DNA of 64,000 bases, from the IMG/VR virus record IMGVR_UViG_3300009430_000001, positions 32,598 to 96,597 of that record; one strand, written 5' to 3'. The translations under genes and the position numbers were made by a program. This document shows, piece after piece, positions 28,601-37,520 of the stretch (position 1 is the stretch's first letter; every line of letters starts with the position of its first letter). Below the pieces are notes generated by a model. That model saw nothing but the letters and a program-made list of their open reading frames with translations. It was not told where the DNA came from and did no database searches. Origin of the DNA: a virus.

Positions 28601-29795
28601 GGCGGCACGCTCTTCCGGCACCGGAGGTCGCTTGGGGCCCAGCCGTTTTCCCGTGGCGATCAAGCTGGCGACCACGTTGCCAGATGAAAGCATGTTCCCG
28701 GGCCGTCGGTCTTCTCAGGAGGTGGATGCGGTGCGTCGTCAGGGGATCACGGGAACTTATAGATCATCGCAGGATGATTCCGTGATCGCCGAGGGAACAT
28801 TCAAGCGGAATAAGCAGGAGACGTTGCTGGATCGCGCTCGTGACCCTGAAGCACGTCGCTTTGGCTCCAATGCAGAATTGAACTCAGAGTTCAAGGCGCT
28901 GGAGACTGAAAAACAGTTGCTGCTCAAAAAAGACAAGGAATCGCCTCGCTTGAAGGAGATTGGCGATTTGCAGCAGGGTTTGATTGATGAACAGCGTGAG
29001 ATTGACGAGCATCGCTTTGTGATTGAGCAAGCAATTGGCCGCTTCAATACGGAGTCGATGTCAAGCGGTCGTGTTGTGGGTCCTGGGCATGTCATCATCA
29101 ACTCTGGCGTTGGGGTTCGCATTGAGCCGGATCTGCGTGCAGCGCCACGCTCGATGGAGGCGCAACCGCAAAGGGGGGAGATCAGTGATTCGGCCGAGAC
29201 AGCTGAAGATGCGCTGGATATGCGTGACGTGGCCGCAGATCGCGATGTGGCTCGTGATTATTTGGCGGACGCTCTTTCGAGAGGCGTGGATGTTGACGTT
29301 GAGGTCCTTGGTGAGGGTGCCGAGCGGGATGCTGATGCGCTGAGCGCTCCGCGCCGCCCGGAGGTGACACTGACAGATGCAGAGGTGCGTGATATTCAGG
29401 CTCGTGGAGGGCAAGGCATTGCGCCTCGTCAGCGAGAAGGCGAGCCGATGCGAATCGACGAGCGACAGGTGGCTCATGTTCTTGACCTTGTCCGTAGGGC
29501 GAAACCTACCCTGATCAGAGCGAGGAAGTCGTCCGTGCCGGAGATCGCACCGCAAGAGCGAGAGCGCGCTGAGTTTGGCCGCAAGGTTGACTTTTTCATC
29601 AACAATCCGCAGAGCAAGCAGATCGGCTACAAGGACCTCGAGAGTGGCGCCTTCCGTCCGATGGCGCCGCTTTCGGATGCGGCAATCCGGGCCAGCATGG
29701 CGGCGGAGGGCTCCAGGCGCGCCAGGCGAGAGGAGCTCATTCAGCAGGTGCTCAGTGACGTGGCCCTGCGTCGTCGCATGGGGGTTCGGGGCTGA
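25653..29795 (+). CDS. large (1380 aa) putative internal virion/ejection protein
   Basis: Long ORF with a TM-like segment near the N-terminus; TACCCTG at 25624; late-region context. Confidence 0.75.
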   Translation: MVVLAPTDFVAFSQAIGTDYAASDEEKARIAPIVAQWKAEVASQQREDRGPNALGGVLAGAGILGAGLGGAWLARQLKKQGVRPEIAEQTAAAVAAKGSPPPASGGAPPASVVASPATRGLDRVTRQGGGISRARGEYDPASLIQNPKLGPQIMQADTPEKRSALVQDLAAAGDSRAERVQRLLEVGEQDWPTETAGVGRESGQPFEVTYQSAAGALAGIGGRQRYGSTTYGETEADAMAAGFNAPTLGQTRRTGAGMYQPGYYEPEEQYGANIELSNGKLLMRSNGKGGQTPVRFGEQNAALNFYKAEKRPIAKSDLVAAEDPERDEKVRGYIDREDATTAGMIESLPATSKQWPRTGYVDTSAARIPITPPERVLNVDALGLAGELPIDQMSMYDIYEHQANPSLANPSLTQGQKYLVLKPEWQSRIDALADNLEPGRPYPYKFNQPEEPWSYQANKGYTIGSEAVPGGKGARRQVFRRETYTEYDPNLVREIPIYDKEGNITRMERVVGGFGPTRETVADRDIELPTLERVPIDASAYRGKTSLETAGAEGEPVDYSINRWQDRIVPRDDDFTSSLLDYAAKAHRHVQALRAQAQVLEFSDPRGAKQLLREAGVAEQAVITVQRKIEDLRYQTAEQEGRIKSVNASFAQGPYILKEFGESGMRAGARLRVAAKDHLSRTGKPLTQRQEMDLATDLAVQHNTDLFTVLRASRLGTVTQPERLDAGGGRLTDPQERQRGGDVVGLRQFKESGAIVGTAKPIGGKEPDFLERVYEVLELQPRLGRSAERNAALEGKARELADSFQNQIPELGKLLKLGGVSEQEKVSLVFEAISMAAKDYHKAIKVFPELGAKAYAGGPGTHFFEAFMKTYVRKAANLMGIELSGGQGTQASLMTLAAGTSERLINKARREGVSPRVVLDEVIAGAESPAEAFERLDARISNVQKTEAADDPNTNGSLLAEKLWQLPSSEIGDTAAGQLKQRLAARSSGTGGRLGPSRFPVAIKLATTLPDESMFPGRRSSQEVDAVRRQGITGTYRSSQDDSVIAEGTFKRNKQETLLDRARDPEARRFGSNAELNSEFKALETEKQLLLKKDKESPRLKEIGDLQQGLIDEQREIDEHRFVIEQAIGRFNTESMSSGRVVGPGHVIINSGVGVRIEPDLRAAPRSMEAQPQRGEISDSAETAEDALDMRDVAADRDVARDYLADALSRGVDVDVEVLGEGAERDADALSAPRRPEVTLTDAEVRDIQARGGQGIAPRQREGEPMRIDERQVAHVLDLVRRAKPTLIRARKSSVPEIAPQERERAEFGRKVDFFINNPQSKQIGYKDLESGAFRPMAPLSDAAIRASMAAEGSRRARREELIQQVLSDVALRRRMGVRG

Positions 29796-30151
29796 TGGCA
29801 TTTCGCAACCAGGCTCTGCCAGCCCAGATCCGCTCCGGGAACGACAGCCGCCTCAGGCAGCTGGGCCAGCCGCCTGCCGGGTTCAGCCAGGGCGCCGCGG
29901 CCCGGGCGAAGGTGGCCGCCGGCAAGTTCAGCGAGGGGGATCCCGGGGCCGATGCCGCTGCGCCGTGGTTCGTCGGCATGCAGCCGTTCAGCCAGATCCG
30001 GGCGGCGAACCAGAACGTGTTCAATGACTGGGACGATCGATTCACCAACGCCACCGACATCGGCTTCCGGTTCCGGCCGCCACCGCCTGAACCCGAGCCG
30101 GCACCGGTCGAGGGCGGCTCGAGCTCTGGTGGCGAGGAGGTGAAGGGCTGA
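29795..30151 (+). CDS. hypothetical late protein
   Basis: TGATG-coupled at both ends. Confidence 0.65.
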   Translation: MAFRNQALPAQIRSGNDSRLRQLGQPPAGFSQGAAARAKVAAGKFSEGDPGADAAAPWFVGMQPFSQIRAANQNVFNDWDDRFTNATDIGFRFRPPPPEPEPAPVEGGSSSGGEEVKG

Positions 30152-30732
30152 TGGCGGTCACACGATTGGCTGGCAAGGCATTGCGCGGGGTCTGGCATCG
30201 CAAGCCCTTGAAGGATCTGGGCACCTGGGAGCACACGCGGCAGGCCGTGATGCCGCGGGGAGCCCTGGAGTGGGGGGTGGAACTGGCGCCGGACCTGATC
30301 GGGGCAGGCATGATGATGATGAACATGGAGGGCGCCACGCCACTGGAGCGGGCGATGGCCGGGGCCTTTGATCTCGGCGCCGGGCTGGGCCTGTCGTTCG
30401 GCGGTCGCCTGGCCGGCGGAGCCATCGGAGACGCTGGGGCCAGGCTGGGCGGCGCGACTCGCGCACGGGATTTGCGCCGCGCGGCGAGCACCGGCGCCGG
30501 CATCGGTGGCTACGTCGGTCCGATGTCGATGATAGTGATGCCCTACGAGAAGCTCAACCCGGCCTATGGCGGTTACGTGGAGCGCATGCAGGCGCAGGGC
30601 GCGCAGCAGCAGGAATTGTCACCGGAGGAATACGGCATGCTTCAGCAGCTGTATCTCAATGCTGCGCAGAGTCCGAAGGTGACGGGCCTGCAGGAGGCGT
30701 TGGGAATGTCGGGGATGCCGATGTATGGCTGA
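30151..30732 (+). CDS. Gly-rich putative virion protein
   Basis: N-terminal RLAGKALR; glycine-zipper-like segments. Confidence 0.7.
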   Translation: MAVTRLAGKALRGVWHRKPLKDLGTWEHTRQAVMPRGALEWGVELAPDLIGAGMMMMNMEGATPLERAMAGAFDLGAGLGLSFGGRLAGGAIGDAGARLGGATRARDLRRAASTGAGIGGYVGPMSMIVMPYEKLNPAYGGYVERMQAQGAQQQELSPEEYGMLQQLYLNAAQSPKVTGLQEALGMSGMPMYG

Positions 30733-31876
30733 AGTCGTTGTCAATGAACAGCAGGGCACCGCGCAGCACAAGCGCAATGTGTGGGAGCAGCTTGTCGAGG
30801 GCTTCTATCGTGGTGCAGAGGATCGGTCTTATGAGATAGGTGCCACGCCGGTTGAACACATCATTCACGATGCGGCGTGGAATCCGAAAAACTGGCAGCA
30901 GGCCTATCGCGGCACCGGCGATCGTCCACCGACATTTGCTGAGCGCATTGGTGCGACGATGGGTTTGGCGGTCAAGGATTTGATGCGAGATGGCTCTCGC
31001 ATTCCCTACTGGGCGCTCAATCACCCATTGGCGATCTATGGTGTTGCCAGTGATGCAGCGGCAGAAGCGGCGGGGCTGCGGCCTGATTATGCGGCGCTTG
31101 AAAAGCATGCTAAGAAAAACAAGACATCGATTGACAGGGATGTCCTGCAGGCGCAATGGGAAGAGCACATGGGCTTCGACAAGAAGCGCATTCCGCTTGT
31201 CATTGCCGGCCGCGCTGCTCCATTCATTGGTGCTGCGGCATTGGTGCAAGCGTCCGGCAACCATGATTTGCTGAATCCACTCGAAGGTGGGCGCTCTCCG
31301 GGCTTTGAGGCTGTCATTCCACAAGAGGGGGATCCGACAAAGTCGGCGAATGTGCCGGGTGAAGTAGTTGCTCGTTACCTCTTTGGCCGTACGGGGCGCC
31401 TGTTGCCGTGGGAGCAGTTCACCGAAGAGCGGCCTGATGTGTCGCCACAGGACTACGGCTCTTATCGCGCTCATCAATACGACAAGGGCCTTTTCAACAT
31501 TGGCTTGTTCAAGGGCACCTCGAGGAACATCGAAGGCGAGCCTGAGTTCACGATGATGGGGTTTCGCACGCCGCTCTCGGCGGTGGGGGCTGGCGCGGGC
31601 GCCCTCACCGGCAGCGTCCTGGGCGCCAGCGCTGCTGTGGCCGCCGCAGCGAAGACGGCACGGGAGCTCTCTGGCGATGGTCCTTTTCCCGCTGGCCGGC
31701 ACATGGGGCCGCGGCGCCTGGCGGGCTCTATCGCTGGTGCCATTGCTGGGGCCATCGCCGGCAAGTACGGCACGCAGGCGGTCAACGACCTTGCGCTGCA
31801 GCCGTTGATCAATCCTGAGGCGGTGGAAGCTGAGCGCGTGTGGCGCGAGCAGCAGCGTGCTGCTGGGGCCCTCTGA
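30725..31876 (+). CDS. putative virion protein with glycine zippers
   Basis: 383 aa; GAGAGALTG, GAIAGAIAG. Confidence 0.75.
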   Translation: MAEVVVNEQQGTAQHKRNVWEQLVEGFYRGAEDRSYEIGATPVEHIIHDAAWNPKNWQQAYRGTGDRPPTFAERIGATMGLAVKDLMRDGSRIPYWALNHPLAIYGVASDAAAEAAGLRPDYAALEKHAKKNKTSIDRDVLQAQWEEHMGFDKKRIPLVIAGRAAPFIGAAALVQASGNHDLLNPLEGGRSPGFEAVIPQEGDPTKSANVPGEVVARYLFGRTGRLLPWEQFTEERPDVSPQDYGSYRAHQYDKGLFNIGLFKGTSRNIEGEPEFTMMGFRTPLSAVGAGAGALTGSVLGASAAVAAAAKTARELSGDGPFPAGRHMGPRRLAGSIAGAIAGAIAGKYGTQAVNDLALQPLINPEAVEAERVWREQQRAAGAL

Positions 31877-31904
31877 CTACCCTGGCCTCAGGCTGATTCT
31901 TGAC

Positions 31905-33251
31905 GTGGATTTCGTCTCTCAATTCTTCTATGAGCGTCAGCGACGGCGCACCGAGCGAGAGCGCGAGTGGAATCGGACGCACATGGTTCTCGGTGGCAAT
32001 CCGAACTACCTCGTGCCTCCGACCGTTGGCATGGCGCCGAGCCCGCAATTTTCGGGTCGCCCAGCTCCTGTGCCGCTCTGGGGTGACAACTGGGACTATG
32101 GCAGTCCGGTGGGGCGCGTCGGCTATATGACGGCGCCCGATGGCCCGGAGCGGATGCAGGAGCTCAGGGGGTATCCGGGTGCCCCTTCGTTCGGTCCCGA
32201 TGTGACCTCGATGGCGGCATCGGTGGCTCTGGATGCCGGGCTTCAGATGGCGCCGCAGCTGCTGCAGGCCCCAACTCCGCGGGCCAATGGTCCGGTGATG
32301 GTGCAGATCCCCCGACCGCGAAATCCCACCATCCTGCCCACGCCTCCTGGCCCTCGAGGGGGTGGGCAGCCGGTGGCTGTGGTTGGTCCCGCGCCGGGGG
32401 TGGAGCCTTCCGCGACGGCCCCAGGGAATGGGGGCGGGGTGACCACGGTGCCAGGGGCGCCTGGTGGGTCGGAGCCGAACGTCACGCAGATGGGCATCAA
32501 CGAGGCCCAGGCCGTTCGCAAGGCCGCTGCTCGGGGTCGATCGATCGAATCAATCAACGGCGCTCAGCTCTGGAATGGCATCGAGGAGCCGTCCGCGATG
32601 CCCGACGCCACGGCCGAAAGGGTGAGGCGGGCCCGGACCGGCGGTAGCAAGCCGCGCAGCGGGCCCGCCACCGGCTACGGGAAGCTCTACCAGGGGGCCG
32701 AGAGCTTCGATCTGCCGGAATGGATCGAGGGAGCTTCCCGGCGCGGGGCCGCCTACGTGCGCAAGACCGGTGGCGCCGCCGAGACTCGGGCGCTGCAGAA
32801 GAGCATGATCCGGGCCGGCAAGTGGGGCGCCACTGCAGCCCGAGTCGCTCCCTATGCCACCGGCGCCCTGGTCGCGATTGGCGCCGGCATGCAGGGCTCC
32901 CAGGAGGCGGGCCTGGCCGGTGGGCTCACTTCCGCGGCGACAAGCACGGCTGGTCAGGTTGGAGGGGCGGTGCTTGGTGGCACCATTGGCACGATGCTCG
33001 CTCCGTTCACTGCTGGCGCTTCGATTCCGATCGGCGCCACGATCGGCGGCATCGTTGGCGGCATGGGCGGGCAGTGGGTTGGCAGTCAGGCCAACAAGTT
33101 CACAGTCAGCCAGGTCGATCAAGGCACCGGCTTCGGGGCCATGATGGATCCGTTCGTGACGACAGAGCGCGAACGCATGCAGGCTGAAGTGCTGAGAGCG
33201 CTCAACAGTCCTGCGTACATTGCGTCGCGGCCACTCGAACCTTACATCTGA
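31905..33251 (+). CDS. Pro/Gly-rich putative virion protein with C-terminal glycine zipper
   Basis: GTG 31905 lies 27 nt after TACCCTG (31878); GGAVLGGTIG...GATIGGIVGG. Confidence 0.7.
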   Translation: MDFVSQFFYERQRRRTEREREWNRTHMVLGGNPNYLVPPTVGMAPSPQFSGRPAPVPLWGDNWDYGSPVGRVGYMTAPDGPERMQELRGYPGAPSFGPDVTSMAASVALDAGLQMAPQLLQAPTPRANGPVMVQIPRPRNPTILPTPPGPRGGGQPVAVVGPAPGVEPSATAPGNGGGVTTVPGAPGGSEPNVTQMGINEAQAVRKAAARGRSIESINGAQLWNGIEEPSAMPDATAERVRRARTGGSKPRSGPATGYGKLYQGAESFDLPEWIEGASRRGAAYVRKTGGAAETRALQKSMIRAGKWGATAARVAPYATGALVAIGAGMQGSQEAGLAGGLTSAATSTAGQVGGAVLGGTIGTMLAPFTAGASIPIGATIGGIVGGMGGQWVGSQANKFTVSQVDQGTGFGAMMDPFVTTERERMQAEVLRALNSPAYIASRPLEPYI

Positions 33252-33253
33252 TC

Positions 33254-33682
33254 ATGGCAGCAGCACACCTCTCTCCAAGGCCGCTGATGTCCGCACAGGG
33301 TGGACGCGGCAGCTACATGATTCAACCCCAGCAGGACAACAGCTGGGCGCAGCTCGCTGCAACGTCAACTACGGCGCAGGCGAGCATGTTCAACAATGCG
33401 ATGAACGCTGCCTACGGCCTGGCGAACACGGGCCTGCAAGAGCTTGGACGGCTCCGCAATACTGGCCTGATTGGTGAATGGAACTTCCGCAATACGACGC
33501 AGCAGATTCCCGCGCAACTGGCTGCCACGAAGTACACGGCTGATCAACAGCTCAAGGCGGCGGAATTGCAGGCTGAGGCCCAGGTCAAGGCGGCTAAGGC
33601 GCAGCGAAGTGGTGGTGCGATGAGCGGGCTGGGCTCTCTGGCCATGGGTGGCGTCATGCTCGCAACTGGAGGATTCAAGTAA
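33254..33682 (+). CDS. putative ejection/pilot-like protein
   Basis: Q/A/N-rich helix with a Gly-rich hydrophobic tail. Confidence 0.65.
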   Translation: MAAAHLSPRPLMSAQGGRGSYMIQPQQDNSWAQLAATSTTAQASMFNNAMNAAYGLANTGLQELGRLRNTGLIGEWNFRNTTQQIPAQLAATKYTADQQLKAAELQAEAQVKAAKAQRSGGAMSGLGSLAMGGVMLATGGFK

Positions 33683-34578
33683 TGGCTCAGGATTGGACGA
33701 CGAATTGGGCTCAACTGGGCAGTGACCTCACGGGCCTCATCGACAAGGGCCGCTGGCTCGTGGACCTGCCCGGTGCCGCGGTAACTGCTGCAGGGAATGC
33801 AGTTGGTGATGCGATTAAGCCTGGAGTTAGCACAGCCGCTAGCAATGTGGCCGGTTTTTTTCAGAACAAGGGCGACGAAAAGACAGTGAAGGATACCGCG
33901 ATATTGACGCATGACAAGCGTGATGCAAAGACGCCGATCACTTATACGGTTACCGGCAAGGATAGAGAGACCGGAGAGGCAAGGACGTTTGAGGGGCTTT
34001 CACCTGAGGACATTCAGTCAAGGTTCCCGACACTTGGGAAGAACTACGCAGGTAGATTGACTAGAGCAACGGCTGAAAATGAAAGGCGATTGACGACTGG
34101 CGGCGCGATACAGGTAGAGACGGAGCGCGAGGGCAGGGCGGATCAGCGCCAGAAAGAGGCTGAGCTAAGAGCGGAGCAACGTGAAAAAGAACGCGCGGAA
34201 CAAGAGAGGAAGCGAAGAGAGGCGGAGATCACGTTGCAGCATAATCTCACAAAAGGGAGAGAGGAGGCTGGTCGAGAATTTGAAGGCACACAAAGAGGCC
34301 TGGATCGTCAGCACACGACTAACGAGAATAGGGATACTCGCACGCATCAAAAAGATCTGGCGGAAGGCGAGCAGGCATGGCGAAGCGGCGAATCCGCTTT
34401 GGATCGCAATCAGGCGTGGCTTATTCACAAAGATGCTCAGGGCATTCAAGAGGGCTATCTCACGCTTTCTCAGCAAAAGCTCGAGCTTGAGAAAGATCAG
34501 GATCGCAAAGACCGCCTCATGCTTATCTATACGATGATAGGCAAGGGCCTTGATCAAATGTTGGGGAATTTCGGCTGA
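33682..34578 (+). CDS. putative ejection/pilot-like coiled-coil protein
   Basis: E/R/Q-rich coiled coil; coupled ORF. Confidence 0.7.
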   Translation: MAQDWTTNWAQLGSDLTGLIDKGRWLVDLPGAAVTAAGNAVGDAIKPGVSTAASNVAGFFQNKGDEKTVKDTAILTHDKRDAKTPITYTVTGKDRETGEARTFEGLSPEDIQSRFPTLGKNYAGRLTRATAENERRLTTGGAIQVETEREGRADQRQKEAELRAEQREKERAEQERKRREAEITLQHNLTKGREEAGREFEGTQRGLDRQHTTNENRDTRTHQKDLAEGEQAWRSGESALDRNQAWLIHKDAQGIQEGYLTLSQQKLELEKDQDRKDRLMLIYTMIGKGLDQMLGNFG

Positions 34579-35168
34579 TGGCAACGCTCAACCAGTACAA
34601 CCAGGCGCTCGGTCAAGCCAGTGGCGGGGCGCAGCAACCGGGCAATCCGTACCAGTCGTGGTATCAGGATGCGTTTCGCGACATCATGAACTGGAGCGTC
34701 AGCCCCAGTCAGCAGAATCCCAATCGTGGCGCACAGCGTGATGCGTTCCAGATGGGTGCTGCAATGGCGGGTGTCAACACGCAGAACTCGAAAGAGTTGA
34801 TGAACACCGCTGCAGACTTGGATCTGCGCAATCAGCAGCAGATCATGGGTGCTGAGCACGGCTACAACCTTGCGGGCATGACGCATGCCAACGAACTGGC
34901 CAAGGATTACCTGCAGAACGAAACCGCCAGCGCAGTTCGTCAGCAGCAGGAGGGAGGCTTGCAGCAGCGACTGCTCACCCAGGAGACGGGCTTCCAGGAG
35001 CGCCAGAGCCAGGCCGAGGCCGGCTATCAGGCGCGCGCTACGACCCGGGTGCAGGGCCAGGAGAACCGGGCTCAGATCCGCACGCAGGGTGACGAGGCTC
35101 GCCGGCTGATGACGCACGATCGTGACACCGCGGCTCGCATGGCCGTCAGTCAGTCGAGGCGCGCATGA
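34578..35168 (+). CDS. Gln-rich putative pilot-like protein
   Basis: Repeating ~11-residue T.G.E.R pattern. Confidence 0.7.
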   Translation: MATLNQYNQALGQASGGAQQPGNPYQSWYQDAFRDIMNWSVSPSQQNPNRGAQRDAFQMGAAMAGVNTQNSKELMNTAADLDLRNQQQIMGAEHGYNLAGMTHANELAKDYLQNETASAVRQQQEGGLQQRLLTQETGFQERQSQAEAGYQARATTRVQGQENRAQIRTQGDEARRLMTHDRDTAARMAVSQSRRA

Positions 35169-35698
35169 GTGATTCTGCCCTGCAGGTCCGCGCGGATTTT
35201 CAGCCGATCGAGGCCTGGCTGGATCAGATTCCGGAGCGCAAGAAGAGCTCGATTTTGCAGTATGCAGCATCCGAGCGCAGCCCGGTGCTCAGCTACCTCT
35301 ACGCCTCCATGCTGGGACTCCCGGCTTCGGTCGATGACTGGGAGGCGTGGGTGGCCAAGCGGTGGAAAAAGCTCGATCATCGCGCTGTACTTGAAACAGA
35401 GATCATGTCGCTCTATGACGACATCGCGAAGATTCGTGATGCGGTGGAGCAGGGCTCAATCAATTTGCGCGATAGCCCGACCAAATTGGCGTACCTCTCT
35501 CGTGAGCTGCGCGGGCACATCGAGCATCTCTCGAAGGAGGTTTCCACCCATGATCGCCGGGCCCTGCTGCTCGCCGGCGTCGAGATCACCGCTAAGATGC
35601 TGAAGAAAGTGTTCGGTCGCAACGCTGCTGTCTGGCCGGCGATCGAGGAAGCGATGCAGTCCGTCTGGGCTGACATCGATGCCCGTCATTCGCTCTGA
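35165..35698 (+). CDS. putative terminase small subunit
   Basis: 177 aa helical protein directly upstream of TerL (positional inference). Confidence 0.45.
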   Translation: MSDSALQVRADFQPIEAWLDQIPERKKSSILQYAASERSPVLSYLYASMLGLPASVDDWEAWVAKRWKKLDHRAVLETEIMSLYDDIAKIRDAVEQGSINLRDSPTKLAYLSRELRGHIEHLSKEVSTHDRRALLLAGVEITAKMLKKVFGRNAAVWPAIEEAMQSVWADIDARHSL

Positions 35699-35864
35699 GC
35701 TCATGGTCTACGCCTGCCTCGAGTCGCTTCGCCGCCTGCTTCGCTCCTACGGCTGGGGCACCCGGCCCCGGACGATGCAGCTCCTGGCCGGCGGGGCGAT
35801 CGCGGCACACGAGGATCCCTGAGGGCCGAAAATTTCTGCTACGCGCGCGCCCGTCACATGAGCC

Positions 35865-35883
35865 CTAGTATCAATGTACTAGC
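35865..35883. promoter_or_regulatory. CTAGT-N5-TGTACTAGC inverted repeat upstream of terL
   Basis: Second copy of the element at 24195..24213. Confidence 0.55.
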
Positions 35884-35928
35884 CGGGGTCGCAATCTCGC
35901 ATCCTAGCACTGATTCCAGGGGTCGAGC

Positions 35929-37491
35929 ATGGACGCTTCAGTAGGTCTCCTGGCACGCGCGAAAGCCCTGGCCAACGCGGACACGCGCATTGACATCGAG
36001 GTTCCGCCGGACATTCGTCTTGCGCGCACGGATTTCTCGGTGTTCTGCAAGGTGATGGGCAAGCCGAATGCTCGCCATCACGAGGAATGGGTGCACGAGT
36101 TCGTCACGGAGGAGACGAGCTCACGGTTGCTGCGCATTGCTGGAGCGGACACGGCGATCCTCGCGCCGCGAGGTTCGGCGAAGAGCACAGTGCTGGCGCT
36201 GTTCACGGCGTGGGCGATTGGTATTCACAGTGAAGCGCGCAAGCTGTTGCGGATTCTCTACATTAGCTATGCACTGGACATTGCGCGATCGAAGAGTTTT
36301 CAGATCAAGCAGATCATCAACTCGAAGCCCTTTCGCGAGGTCTTTCCCACGGTGCGACTTGGCAAGGACCGCACGTCGGATGAGCTCTGGGCGATCGACA
36401 TGGACTTCGCGGATGTTCAGGTTGATGCTGATGATCCGTACACGCTCTGCGCTTCTGGCCTTGGTGGTGCCATCGTGTCGCGCCGCGCGGATCTGATCGT
36501 GATTGATGACGCGATCAAGAGCGTGGACTCGATCTCGAATCCTGACATTCGCGCCAAGTTGATCACGAACTGGCAGCAGGTGGTGCGGCCGTGCTTGCTG
36601 GACGGTGGTCGCTGCATTGCGTTGGGCACGCGATTCAGCGCTGTTGACATCTACGGCACAACATTTGTGCAGAAGAATGGTTGGCGCGTCATCGTCGAGA
36701 AGGCGATTCTCACTGATGGTGATGGACTCGAGTGGTCGTACTGGCCTGAGATGTGGTCGTTGCCGTATCTGCAGAAGCTTCGTCGTGAGTCGCCGACAGA
36801 CTTCAGCTTTCAGTTTCAGAACCTGCCCGTTGCGCAGAGTGAGCTCAATTTCCCTGAAACGTGGTTCGTGCAGGAGCCGCTGAAGCGCGATAGCGGTGGT
36901 GCTGTTCAGCCTTATGACATGCTTTGTGTTGGCGTGGATCTCAGCAGTGGACTGAAGGAGCGCAATGATTACACGGTCATGCTGCTGGGCGGCATTCGCG
37001 ATGGCAATGTCGAGATGATCAGCTACCAGCGCATGCGGGCCATGGGCAATCTCGAGAAGCTCGACGCTTTGCTTGACATGCTGGAGGAGCAGGAGCTGGT
37101 GCGCGTTGAGGAGATCAACGGTGAGGAGCGCTGGCATCCGACTGATTGCCCGGTGACGGTGCTGTTTGAAGAGATCAGCTACCAGCAAAGCATTCGCGGT
37201 GACGCCAAGGCGATTCTTCACGACAAGCGCGGGCTCTACAACATCGTGCTGCGCGGAGTCAAGGGCTACCGTGGTGACAAGCTCAGTCGTTTTCGCGGCA
37301 CCTTGGGCCTGTTCCAGACGGGCAAGGTGACGTGGAATCCGCTCTACAACTGGGATGCTTTCAAAGACGAGATGGTGAACTTCGGTTACACCGATCACGA
37401 TGACTGCGTGGATGCCACGGTGCTCACGATCCGCGGCCTGGTCGGCCAGGGGGCTCTTCAGGCGCAGTGGGGCGACTGGGATCTCGAGTAG
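35929..37491 (+). CDS. terL: terminase large subunit
   Basis: Walker A APRGSAKST, Walker B LIVIDD, coupling GTR, nuclease VGVD...DYTV...HDDCVDA. Confidence 0.95.
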   Translation: MDASVGLLARAKALANADTRIDIEVPPDIRLARTDFSVFCKVMGKPNARHHEEWVHEFVTEETSSRLLRIAGADTAILAPRGSAKSTVLALFTAWAIGIHSEARKLLRILYISYALDIARSKSFQIKQIINSKPFREVFPTVRLGKDRTSDELWAIDMDFADVQVDADDPYTLCASGLGGAIVSRRADLIVIDDAIKSVDSISNPDIRAKLITNWQQVVRPCLLDGGRCIALGTRFSAVDIYGTTFVQKNGWRVIVEKAILTDGDGLEWSYWPEMWSLPYLQKLRRESPTDFSFQFQNLPVAQSELNFPETWFVQEPLKRDSGGAVQPYDMLCVGVDLSSGLKERNDYTVMLLGGIRDGNVEMISYQRMRAMGNLEKLDALLDMLEEQELVRVEEINGEERWHPTDCPVTVLFEEISYQQSIRGDAKAILHDKRGLYNIVLRGVKGYRGDKLSRFRGTLGLFQTGKVTWNPLYNWDAFKDEMVNFGYTDHDDCVDATVLTIRGLVGQGALQAQWGDWDLE

Positions 37492-37520
37492 CGATACCCT
37501 GAACGCAAGATAGGAGCGCC

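Noticed and set aside
35929-37491. Intein or intron in terL
   Set aside because: Continuous 520-aa ORF of normal size with no splice motifs
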